64,000 bases of DNA from Monocercomonoides exilis PA203. Its lineage: Eukaryota; Protista; Preaxostyla. The position numbers were made by a program, and so were the translations under genes. The notes below the pieces were generated by a model, which was given only the letters and a program-made list of their open reading frames with translations, did not search any database and was not told the origin of the DNA. The stretch is from positions 186,001 to 250,000 of the forward strand of contig LSRY02000037.1 in NCBI GenBank assembly GCA_001643675.2, read 5' to 3'. Shown here piece after piece: positions 24,405-34,700 of this stretch (positions are counted from its first letter, which is position 1; each line of letters begins with the position of its first letter).

Positions 24405-24749
24405 TTCCATAATTGGGAGAATACTCTGCTGTTGTTATTATTTGATTGACCTCTTATTTGTCATCCCTCAGCAATTGTTCGAGTTGCTCACGTTTGGCTT
24501 GCGCTCTGGTTTTAATTGTTATCTCAATTGTTTTCTTCTGGACAACTTCTCCAACTAGTCTTTTCTCACGAAAATTCCTTCTTTCATACTCTTTATGACT
24601 GTTCTCGTCTGGCTCCTCCACGTAGTCTGGCTTTGATGGTTCTTCTTCGTCGTTGTAGATCGTTTGGCTTTTGTTGTCATATTGCAGATTAGGTTTTTCC
24701 AACCTGATCCTGATTCCTTTTTCGCTCTCGATGTTGTCAGACTTTGAGT

Positions 24750-27700
24750 TCAGACTGTAGTCCTCTCATCTTGCTCTTCGTCAGTTGACGAAGAGTCCTC
24801 AATATCTTCTGAACTTGAATTGTCATCAAAGGTAATTTTTGGTTTGCGAAGGGTTTGCAGACTTAAAGGTGATGACTGGGTCTGGGAGGAAGTTGCATTA
24901 ATAGCCGCTTGATCTGCAATCACTTTCGCACAGGATGTGGCGATATCTTTTTGAAAATAGTAATTAATAATGGTATCGCTTCGTGGAGACAGCCTTGCGA
25001 ACTTTGCCACTTGCGCTATTGGTAGTCCAGCCATTGTCAATGCAGATATTGAAGCATGCTTTATCGAGTAAGGACCAAAATAATTCGGTATACCTGTCTC
25101 GTGAAGGAGATTTGCAACAAGTTTTCTCAGCACTCTTGCGGAAAGTGGAATCTTTGTGCGATCGTTAATAAACAAGTGGTCAGGGTTGTCTTGAAGTTTG
25201 CTTATTCTGGACCACAATTCACACACTGCTGAGGCAGGACATATTGAAGGAGTATCTGTGAGAAACGGTATTATAATGTCTGTTCTTTCGGGTCCTGTTT
25301 TCAGCGAAGTATCCAATGCAATTGAATCTTCTCTCACTGCAGAATGTTTCAGACTGATCCGCTCGAGCTCGGTGAACCGGCAGGCGGAGAATAGCATGCA
25401 AAGACAAATTGTTTTCTTCGTGAGAGTAGTGAAGGATAAGTTCGCGTTCTCGCCTAGCCCCGATATATAATCAAGAAGTATTTTGGGGTTCCATATATCA
25501 GGCTTATTTTTCTTCTTCCTCCTTTCCAATCTTTTAAATGATCGGAAGAGAAGCTTCATAAGCGGGTAATCTCCCAAACTTCTCTCGAATAATAATTGAG
25601 AAATGAGAGAGATGGCAGATCGTATTTTACAAAGGGATTGCTCCTTCAGCCCCTTGTTGAAAAGCTTAAGGAAAACATCGGCACATCTAACGACCCAATT
25701 GAACCAATCTCCAACAGAAAGACCATAGCCGCAGTTTGTCCACTGGTCTCCGAAATGAGCATAACTGAGTAAGTACCCATGCCACGTCGAAGGCGAAAGA
25801 CTGGATTTGCACAGATCACATATATCCATTGGAAATCCTCTTGTTTGCAAAACTCCTTTGAACCAGTGTTCTCCATTGATCGCTAAGGATTCATCAGTAC
25901 AACTCGAAGCTTCCCTGGTGGCAGGCAAGCATCCATCCTCTTCATCCATGGTCCCGGGGTAAGAAGTTCGCTCTGGCTCTTCCACATCCATTCTATATGG
26001 GTCGTTCTTTTCAACAACGGCTCCCATATTTGTCCCTTCCAATCGGGAAGAAGGAGAAGACCTCGAGCTCGTTCGAGAATCATTTTCCTGATTGTCGGAA
26101 GAATGAGAGGAATTGGAGGATGAGCAAGAACTGTCTCTCCTCGCCAAGGCTGCTGCAGACCGTCTTCGTTTATCGGGCTTCCTGGCCCGCACCATCTGCT
26201 CACTTTCTTGTTTTGTTTTGTGGCGAAAGCGTCCAACGTTATGTTCAATCTCATCTTCGTTACAAGCTCCTTGTAGGATTCTTGCTTTATCTGATAGTCG
26301 CCTCCCCTTTCTAGCCTGGAAAGAGAATCGGCCCTTTCGTTTCTTTGACCGGGGATGTGTTGCGCTTTCACTTGAATCTGCATCGTGTGCGTTTGTTTCC
26401 AAATCTTCAATAGGAGTCTTCTCAAATTCGCTCCTGCCCGCCACCTGTTCAGGTTGAACACCGATGTTGAGTTGTCCGATCTGATAAGTAGTTTGTGGAT
26501 GCGATTGGATAACAGAATTGGGGAGAAGTGAGTTAGAGCTGACAAAATTGCGAACATCTCCCGATAGTTTGAACTTTGATTTCGTTGCCAATAGGGGAGT
26601 CTGCGATGAAAATCCAAAATACTGTTTCCGATTCTTAAATAAGCTCCAACAGCTTTTCTGGAAGCATCCGTCGTAAGTGTTGCATCTGGAAGAAAGAGTG
26701 GGCATAGTTGTCTTGGCGTGTTGGTTTTCAACCTCGATATCCATTTGGTTAGATTGGGGAGAATGGACTGGTTGATCCTCATCTTCCCTCTCCATCCTAC
26801 CATCGAAACCATTTTGTTTAAAGTGCGATAAAGATCTGAGAGAAACAGAGAAGCTTCTCGAACCACGAACCTTGTAGCGTTCAGCTTTCCAATGAACGCT
26901 GCAAGGTCTCTTACTCTCACTTCTTTCGCTCTGAGGGACCTCCTCCTCCATCTGGTACATTCCTTTATAAGTTCTTTCGTTCTCATCATTTCCAGAGCTA
27001 CATTGAACTGGTGCGTGTTCCACTCGAAACCCAAATAGGTGAAAGTTTGTGAGGGAATCAAATGACTCTTTTCTGTGTTTACCAGAAGACCAAGGCTTTC
27101 GAAAAGAGAAACGACTTTCTGAGTTATCCATTTTAATTTCTTTTGGTCTTGGTGAAGAAGAATAATATCGTCGAGGTACGCGATTGCTCTTACGTTCCAT
27201 TGCTCCCGGATGAATTGTATCACCTTCCTCATGATTTTTGTAAAGATTCTTGGAGAATCTTTGTATCCAAATGGCATTCCGTTGAAACAGTAGTAATTTT
27301 CGTTGAATTCGAACGCAAGAAACGGCTTGAAGTTGTCGTCCACTTTCACTAAATAGTAGGCCTGGCTTAGGTCTAAAGTTGTTGCATAATCTCCTCTTGT
27401 TATAATTCGTTCTAGTGACCTGTAATCCTCCAGTTTGAAATGGATTGACTTCGTTGCATTGTTCAACGCTCTGCAATCGATAATTTGTCTCCATCCCCCT
27501 TGTTTTTTCTTTATCACAAACACTGGATTTAAATGTTTCACCTTTCTTTTCTGTATTTTTTGTATTATGTTCGTTTCGAGCTGATTCTGGATCAGCTTTG
27601 CCATCGCTTTGGTTGCTTCCCCTGATTGATGGGGGCTGTATGTTTCCATTTTTGAGTTTAGTAATTTCTCCCTGGCTATCCTGTTTTTCCAAATTGGAAT

Positions 27701-28022
27701 GACGCCTCTTTTTACCAACTTCTCTCCATCTATCATTCTCCACGCTTCTCGAAAATATTCCGTTCTTCCTCCAACAATTGAAGGTGACTGGCTTAGTTGG
27801 TTCCCGTTCCCCTGGATCGCGTTTGAGAAGGACTTCTGCGGTATGTATTTGAGGTTTTTCTCCCTGCCCACGACCGGGGACCCGAACGAAAAAACCGAGG
27901 GCGTTGGTAGCTTTCATGTTTTCCATATCTGCTTTTGCCAAAGGATTTGGAATTAAATGAGAACGAAGTCCATCTTTTCGCTGTTGATTGTGAGGTTTTC
28001 CTGACCTCTTCCAATAAATCAC
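24750..28022 (-). CDS. DIRS ORF3: long N-terminal region overlapping pol, plus C-terminal tyrosine recombinase (first ATG at 27926)
   Basis: SAM-like N-domain, then CRFTEL, LKT, ICPASAV, GPYSIKHASIS, TIINYY. Confidence 0.85.
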   Translation of the reverse strand: MIYWKRSGKPHNQQRKDGLRSHLIPNPLAKADMENMKATNALGFFVRVPGRGQGEKPQIHTAEVLLKRDPGEREPTKPVTFNCWRKNGIFSRSVENDRWREVGKKRRHSNLEKQDSQGEITKLKNGNIQPPSIRGSNQSDGKADPESARNEHNTKNTEKKGETFKSSVCDKEKTRGMETNYRLQSVEQCNEVNPFQTGGLQVTRTNYNKRRLCNNFRPKPGLLFSESGRQLQAVSCVRIQRKLLLFQRNAIWIQRFSKNLYKNHEEGDTIHPGAMERKSNRVPRRYYSSSPRPKEIKMDNSESRFSFRKPWSSGKHRKESFDSLTNFHLFGFRVEHAPVQCSSGNDENERTYKGMYQMEEEVPQSERSESKRPCSVHWKAERYKVRGSRSFSVSLRSLSHFKQNGFDGRMEREDEDQPVHSPQSNQMDIEVENQHAKTTMPTLSSRCNTYDGCFQKSCWSLFKNRKQYFGFSSQTPLLATKSKFKLSGDVRNFVSSNSLLPNSVIQSHPQTTYQIGQLNIGVQPEQVAGRSEFEKTPIEDLETNAHDADSSESATHPRSKKRKGRFSFQARKGRRLSDKARILQGACNEDEIEHNVGRFRHKTKQESEQMVRARKPDKRRRSAAALARRDSSCSSSNSSHSSDNQENDSRTSSRSSPSSRLEGTNMGAVVEKNDPYRMDVEEPERTSYPGTMDEEDGCLPATREASSCTDESLAINGEHWFKGVLQTRGFPMDICDLCKSSLSPSTWHGYLLSYAHFGDQWTNCGYGLSVGDWFNWVVRCADVFLKLFNKGLKEQSLCKIRSAISLISQLLFERSLGDYPLMKLLFRSFKRLERRKKKNKPDIWNPKILLDYISGLGENANLSFTTLTKKTICLCMLFSACRFTELERISLKHSAVREDSIALDTSLKTGPERTDIIIPFLTDTPSICPASAVCELWSRISKLQDNPDHLFINDRTKIPLSARVLRKLVANLLHETGIPNYFGPYSIKHASISALTMAGLPIAQVAKFARLSPRSDTIINYYFQKDIATSCAKVIADQAAINATSSQTQSSPLSLQTLRKPKITFDDNSSSEDIEDSSSTDEEQDERTTV
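25883..27871 (-). CDS. DIRS pol: reverse transcriptase, RNase H and N6-adenine methyltransferase-like domain
   Basis: PVFVIKKK.GGWR.IIDCRALN, LDLSQAY, MPFG..DSP, YLDD; RNase H TDAS, NYRE, RSDN, HIPG..N..ADSLSR; MT-like DAFAT..NKK, DGL..PW, AHPP. Confidence 0.92.
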   Translation of the reverse strand: MGREKNLKYIPQKSFSNAIQGNGNQLSQSPSIVGGRTEYFREAWRMIDGEKLVKRGVIPIWKNRIAREKLLNSKMETYSPHQSGEATKAMAKLIQNQLETNIIQKIQKRKVKHLNPVFVIKKKQGGWRQIIDCRALNNATKSIHFKLEDYRSLERIITRGDYATTLDLSQAYYLVKVDDNFKPFLAFEFNENYYCFNGMPFGYKDSPRIFTKIMRKVIQFIREQWNVRAIAYLDDIILLHQDQKKLKWITQKVVSLFESLGLLVNTEKSHLIPSQTFTYLGFEWNTHQFNVALEMMRTKELIKECTRWRRRSLRAKEVRVRDLAAFIGKLNATRFVVREASLFLSDLYRTLNKMVSMVGWRGKMRINQSILPNLTKWISRLKTNTPRQLCPLFLPDATLTTDASRKAVGAYLRIGNSILDFHRRLPYWQRNQSSNYREMFAILSALTHFSPILLSNRIHKLLIRSDNSTSVFNLNRWRAGANLRRLLLKIWKQTHTMQIQVKAQHIPGQRNERADSLSRLERGGDYQIKQESYKELVTKMRLNITLDAFATKQNKKVSRWCGPGSPINEDGLQQPWRGETVLAHPPIPLILPTIRKMILERARGLLLLPDWKGQIWEPLLKRTTHIEWMWKSQSELLTPGPWMKRMDACLPPGKLRVVLMNP

Positions 28023-28632
28023 TTTGCCTTTTCGTTAGGAGCGGTGATGCTGAATCCTCTTTCATTCTCGCTGCTTCGGTAAATCCAAATCTCGCTTGGA
28101 TGCGAGCGTTTCTGGCTTCTTTCAAGGCTTGTGCAAGCAGTAAACATGCTTGCGCTACGGCACTCTGAGCTTCATCATCTTTTGTTTTCGTATGGGCAAA
28201 TAAAATAAGTTTCATTGCGGGGTAAAGAAACGTCTCACATCTTTCTCCTGCTTGATCTAAGGCGTCTTTGTACGGACTGGTAGTCCTTACAAAAGGTGGA
28301 GGCGCATTAGGGAGGAAAGGGGATAAGTCTTCTGTCTTCAACGAAGCAACCAAGTCATTTATCTCCTGTTCCGGTAATGGAAGATCATATAACGATAATT
28401 CCGGTGCTCTACCAAATATTTTAAGAAACGAATTTTCCAGTGTAATTTCTTCTTCTTTTTCTTCGCCAAGGGTGGTAGAAGGTGGGGAGAGTGAGGATGA
28501 AATAGAAGAAGGTTGGGAAGCGGAAAAGGGTCCGGGAAATGTCGGAAACCCGCTTGTTGGACCACCAGGCAGCGCAGCTGCGCTCGGTTCGGCCGCAAGT
28601 CCTGTTCCCAGAGGATTGTTAGGGATCATCAT
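27793..28632 (-). CDS. DIRS ORF1 (gag-like), 279 aa
   Basis: First ORF after the 5' ITR; Pro/Ser-rich N-terminus, helical core and basic C-terminus; assignment is positional. Confidence 0.7.
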   Translation of the reverse strand: MMIPNNPLGTGLAAEPSAAALPGGPTSGFPTFPGPFSASQPSSISSSLSPPSTTLGEEKEEEITLENSFLKIFGRAPELSLYDLPLPEQEINDLVASLKTEDLSPFLPNAPPPFVRTTSPYKDALDQAGERCETFLYPAMKLILFAHTKTKDDEAQSAVAQACLLLAQALKEARNARIQARFGFTEAARMKEDSASPLLTKRQSDLLEEVRKTSQSTAKRWTSFSFNSKSFGKSRYGKHESYQRPRFFRSGPRSWAGRKTSNTYRRSPSQTRSRGTGTN

Positions 28633-28741
28633 TTTTAGATCAGTGATCGTGACTGACCCTTAAGTGATGATCTCTCTCGTAAATAGAAGAGAAGGAAGTG
28701 AGAGAATGTTTTCTTTTAAATCAAAGTGCTTGCGCTTTGAT
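28630..28741 (-). repeat. DIRS 5' inverted terminal repeat with a terminal hairpin ATCAAAGTGCTTGCGCTTTGAT
   Basis: Reverse complement of the left ITR core; its outer end is matched by the ICR. Confidence 0.9.
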
Positions 28742-31700
28742 GGAAGAGAATGGCTGATGAAGATGAGTGCTGAAACACTGAACCTCACAAACTGCCAATA
28801 TTCAGCGAGATTTGCATCCTTTGTGAGCGTTGGGCTTGTGCTTTGTGTTGGAGGAAAGATGGAGATATGTGAGTTAAGTGTGAATGAAGTGGAGTTTCGA
28901 TTGCATCCATTGATGAGGATTGAAGAAGAAGCTGTATGCAATATGAATGAAAGTGTTTTGAATGGAGTTATTACGAATGGAGAAGTGAGTGTAATTGAAT
29001 TGCATTCGTCAGGGATACTGACATTGGCAAAAACAACAATGAGTGGGAAGAGAGAGAGAGCATCAGGAGGAGGGATGATCTGCGATGTGAATGGAAAGAC
29101 ATTGACTGTTGAGGATTGTTCGTTTTGTGGTATTTGTGTGAGCATGCAGAATGGAAGCGCCATAAACGGAAATATTGGTGATGAAAACAGTGTTGTTGTG
29201 AGAAACAGCACTTTTGATGATTGCTCTGCGAATGATGGGTGTGGTGGTGGAATGATGGTGACTTTGAGTGGAGAAGGAATGCTGCGAATTGGAGAAGAAG
29301 GGGAGAGAATGGATATAAAGAAGTGTAATGCTCGCGATTTGAGCGAAGAAAAAGAAGGAAGAGGATATGGGGGAGGAGTTTTTGTGAGAATTGTGGAAGA
29401 AGCATATGATGTGATCTTGCGAAGTATTTCATTTGGCCTGGGAGAAGAAAGTAACGGGGCAGACAATGGAGGGAACAATATTTTTGTGGAAGCGAATGAG
29501 CTGAAGAAGATTGCAGCAGACACTGCGTTCGATTTTTCGTTTGCCAAGAGCGAAGAAGAAATGCCAAACTTGAAGGATATGATGGGCTTTGAAAGTGGAA
29601 ACAAGTTCCAAGCAATTCCGTTGGTGCTGCTGTTTCGGAACTTTTCGAGTCCTGCATTTGTTGGAAATGATGGAATAAATGGGAAATTGTGTGGATTTTC
29701 TGATTATCCGTGTGCAGATGTGTTGTTTACTGGGAAAACAATTTTTGGTCAAGGCAGTGCAATAATACGGTTGCTTCCGCAATATGAAATCACGAACCAG
29801 CTGAAGATTGAAGAGCAAGAGATGAAGATAGATGTGGAAGAGATTGGGGTGGAGGTTGCGATTGCGAGTAACGGGAGTATCAATGGAGAAGGATTTATTG
29901 AAACGCGTTCAGCAACAACATTTGGGAAAATGATGTTCAGTGTTCCATCCTCGATGCCAGACAGAAAAAGTGCGCTGTTTGTGTGTTTCAGTTCATCGCT
30001 TGTGATGAACAATGTTTCGTTCATATCCAGAACGAACGTTGTCAGTTTCTCGCTCGTGAAAGTTGTTGGAGGAGAATCCAGTTTGGTTGGAGTGAAAGTG
30101 AGGGATATGAAATTCAGCACAAATAGCTTTTTTGTGATTCAGGGAAATGGGGCAAGTGCTCAGTTAAATGGAATGGAATTGGAGGGTGTTAATGGAGAAG
30201 ATGTTTGTGGGCTTATCCATGTGAATTCAGGAGGTTCAGTCAGTATTGTGAATTCGAGTGAAAAAGGAGCAGACATGAAGAATGGAGCAGTGCTGTGTTT
30301 TGATTGTTCGTGTGGAATTCAGCTGCAGAACAACAGTGTGACCGCAGTGAGCAGAGAGGTTGGGAGTGGAGGAGGAGTTGTGGGGAGGGCTGGGGAAGGG
30401 AAAGTGGTTGAGATGAAGGAATGTGCATTTGAGGCAATTGTCTGTGCTGAAGAAGGAGCAAAAGGTGGAGGATTGGTGGTGCATGTGGAGAAAGGAGGAA
30501 CACTGAAGTTTGAAGGGAACAGTGTGAAATTCAATGAGGTGAGTGAATCAGGAGGATATGGTGGAGGGATGTTTTTGGAGTTTGAGGATACTGATTTGAG
30601 CTATTCGATGCAAAAGAACAGATTTGGTGAGAACAAAGCATTGCTGGGAAGGGATGTGTATGTTGTGTGTGAGGATGTGAGGAGGATGCTGAATGAAATT
30701 CTTTGGGAAGGATCGGTGAATGAAGAAGATGAGAGAGAACGATTTTGGGTGTATGATGGCTCAGTTTCCCCAGCGATAAATGTGTCGATACTGGTGATAT
30801 TGTTTCCTGAATCTCCAAAGATAATGTTTGTGGATGGAGCAAAAGTGAACAAAGAGGAGTGTGGGTTCGAAGAAACACCGTGCAAGGATGTTGGATATGC
30901 CTTTTCATTGATGAATGACTCGCACTCGACAATCAGGGTGATTGGAAACACAACTTTGGATGCAGATATCGCAAGGAATGCATCGTTGGCAATTCAGGGA
31001 AGAGGCCTCACAAAGCCGATTATTGGAGTTGGAGGAGGCGGTCATATAACATTGGTCAGCAGCCCCATTTTCTTGAGCATACGGAGCTTGGCATTTGAGC
31101 TTCCAGCATCTCCCACAACAGCTGGTTATGAAGAGCTTCTGAAAATAGAAGGAGGGCAGTGTCTGATAAGTGAGTGTGTGTTTGGGGTTGAGAATGGAAT
31201 AGAGAGCATGATTGAAAAGGAAAGTTGTGTTTGGATTGTGAAAGAAACAGACGGAAAGCTGGAAATGAAGTCAGTGAGTGTTGTTGGGATTGGCTTTCAA
31301 ATGGGAAAGGGAATTGCTGATGTGGAAAGAGGAGTGATCAGTTTGTCTGAAGTGGAAATCAAAGGTGTTTCGACAGAAGGAAAGAGTTTGATATGTGGAG
31401 GAGAAGGAGCAGAAATAGTTTGGAGCAATGTTAGAGCAAGTGGGTGCAGCATTGAAAATGGTCATTTGTTGGAAGCGAAAAAGGCAGGAAATGTGGAAAT
31501 AGCGAATGAAAGCTGTTTTGAAGGGTGTGGAGTGAGTGTGGCGAATGGGGGGATGATGTGGTGTGAACTGGGAGGAAATGATAAGTTGTTGATGAAAAAC
31601 TCCACAATGAGGAATTTTTGTGTTGATGGTGAAGATGGGAGAGGAGGAGGAGTGTATCTTCACATCGGAAACGATTCGACTGACAATTTCGTGTTTGAAG

Positions 31701-34700
31701 ATTTGTTGTTCTCAGAGAATAGTGCGCGAGAAGGGAAGGACATGTTTGTTTTCTGCAAGGCATTGAACATAAGTGTGTCTCCCATTCGATTTTGTTTTGT
31801 GGCAGAAAATGAAGAAGAAGGAAATAGAGCTGATTTGTGGGGAAGTGATGAATCACATTATTTTGATCCAGTCAATTTGAGATTGTTTCTTGTTCAACTG
31901 CATACAGAATGTGTATATTTGTCAGTTGAAGGATATGATGCAATTGGATGTGGGTTGGAAGAGCATTCATGTCAAACACTATGGCGGGGTGTCCAGAACA
32001 TCAAATCTGGAAAGGATAACTCAGAGATTGTTATTTTGGAGAAGGCTCATGTGAAAGATGGGAGTGATGTGTCAGGAATTAGGATTCGATCAGCACAAGA
32101 TGAGGTGCATTCTTCTTTGCTGTTTGAAGAAAATTGTGAATTCAATGGGGATGGGGCTATTGTGAACAGCAAGAAATCAGAGTTTGTCTTTGTCGACTTT
32201 GCATTTCCGCATTCACTGAGAAATGGAGTGAAAGCGCTTATTTTGTCTGAGTCCACAAATGGTGACATGAAGATGAGCAATTGCATATTTGAATGTTCTC
32301 AACAAGAGACTGTCGAGTTTGTCTTGTTGGAAATGAATGGAGGAGAAGTGACTTTGGACCGGTGCAGTTTCAAAGGGCAGATGGTTTTTGGTTCTCAACC
32401 ACTGAAATTGACTGGAACAGTGAATATGAATAATTGCTCGTTTCAGGCAGTGGCCTCAGCACAAAATGGAAAAGGGGGATTGGCGAATGTTATTCTTGAA
32501 AATGAAGCAGAACTGCAAGTCAAGAACTGCGCAATTCAAAAATGTGAATGCTTAACTGAAAGAGGCAGGGGAGGCGGATTGTTCATTGATTGCAAGAAGT
32601 CCAAAATTGCTGGATCTGTCTTATTCAGTACTGTTATCTTTGAAGGGAACAAGGCAGATGTTGGAGAAAATCTGTTTGTTGAATCGTTTGATCTGAACAG
32701 CACTGTGACAACAGACACTTTTGATTTTGACTTTGAACCACTGAAGAGCAATGCAAATGGGTTTGTTGGAAGTGACAAGGTGTTCAATGAAACAGATTTG
32801 TTCAGATTTGTTGTGGGATACAGAAGCGAAAGGATATATGTGTCAGATGAAGGGCATGATGTGGCTCGATGTGGCTCAGCTGAAGATCCTTATCAGAGTT
32901 GGCGGAAAGGTGTTAGGCAGATGAGCGAAGGGACAGATAAGCGTTGGATATTTATTTTGGGGAAAGTTGAGCTGAATGAGGTGTTTGAGATGACTGATTG
33001 CTCGATCGAAGCATGGAATCCTGTGGGAGACGAGGTATCGAAGGTGAAGATGGTGATTGAAAACGATGTGAATGAGAGCAGAAAAGCGTGCCTTTGGAAC
33101 AAAAACACAGCAAGGATTGCTCGAGTCGAGTTTGAAATGGAAGGGGAATATGACAATGAAGAGAAGGCAGTGATTTTGAGCGAGAATGGGAGCTTGAGCC
33201 TGGTGAACTGTTCAATTGAAGGATTGGCAGAAAAGAGGATTCAGATGCTTGTGTCATTTGTCTGTGTGAGAGAAGGAGTCTTGGAGATAACGAATTTTGA
33301 TGTTTCGAATTTGAATTGTGAGAGAAGTCTTCTTGTTGTTTCAGAGAGATGTGAAAGCAGGATTGAGGAGCTTGTGATAAAAGGATTGAGTCTGAACGAA
33401 GGAAGTGTGATCGAAGTTGAGGGAGCAAGCAGGAGCAATCATGAGCAAGCAAAATCAATGAAAAGCACTCCAACTCTATTGCTGGAGAAATGCCATGTGA
33501 AAGATGTGAAGAAAGATGTGGGAGGGGCATGTGTGATTGATTCGAGTGCAAATAAGGAAAGTTTGAAGCTTGTGGTGAACAGAAGTGTGTTTGATGAATG
33601 CAGAAGCTCAAACAGTGAAGAAGGAGGAGCCATTCTGTTTGTGTTGAAGAGCGAGGGAAGTCTGAGGATAGAAGAGAGCACGCTGAGCCAATGCGGATGC
33701 TCGACAGCCAAAGGCAGAGGAGGAGGGATTTGTGTGGATGCAGCTGTTTCTGGGGATCTGAACATGCGATTTGTGAAGGATGGATTTGATTCCAATGTTG
33801 CGCGTGTTGGGCGGGATTTGTTTGTGAAGTGTGTGGATATCAAGAAGCAGATCAATGAAACACAGTTCAATCTGGATCTGAGAGAAGGATCATACAACAG
33901 ATACAATGCGATATATGGAGTGGATGAGACAGAGTTTGTGGATGAGCCGATGAATCTGATCGAGTTCATTGTCACATATCAAAATGATGTTATTTTTGTC
34001 ACGTCAAATATCTCCAAAGGCAGCGAAGACTCGAAGAACTGTGGCACACAAAAGCAGCCATGTGCCACATTGGAGTACGGTCTGCAGCATTTGTCATATG
34101 AGTTCAACAGCCAACTTGTGATAATCGAAGAAGGGCGAATATCGGCTGAGCTGGAGTTATGCAATGTGACCATTTCATCCCGTTCAGAGCAGCATGCCAA
34201 AGTCGGAGTGACTTCAGGAATTCATGAATCAGCCGAGAGCCTATTGAGCTGCGCCGACAAAGTGCTTTTGACTCGTCTGTTTGTTTTATTTGAGAGTTCG
34301 TATGCGATGGCGCATGGTTCATTTCTTCGAAGTGAAGCAGGAGCGGTTCAGATTGTTTCATGTTCATTTTCATGTGAAGAAACAACAAGAAATGATGAAT
34401 CAGATTTGTTGTTAATTCTGCTGTTGGTCACTGGAAATGGAAGCTTATCAATGGAAGAAGTGAACATTTCTCATGTTTCAGCAGTCAGTCAGTTAATTGT
34501 TGTGGAGTCAAATGCTTGTCTGAAGTGTTCATCTATTTCAATTCAGGATGTGAGTTGCAGAAAGAGATTGATATGTCTGAGCAGTCATGGAAAAGTGACT
34601 CTTGAAAAAATGGAAATGAGCAATGTTATGATCAGCGAAGAATCTGCCATTCAAGTGTATTCAAGTGATGCGAATAGAAATGGAGATGAGGAAGAAAGAA

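Larger units (their letters stand above)
24039..28741 (-). mobile_element. Full-length DIRS-like tyrosine-recombinase retrotransposon (~4.7 kb)
   Basis: Inverted terminal repeats with a 55-bp identical core (24057-24111 / 28649-28703); internal complementary region 24298-24404; gag, RT-RNaseH-MT and YR ORFs; only an AT dinucleotide is shared at the two junctions. Confidence 0.95.

Noticed and set aside
24454-24702. 82-aa ORF in the 3' region of the DIRS element
   Set aside because: No ATG at its start and no recognisable domain; would need conservation across copies to be accepted as an ORF4
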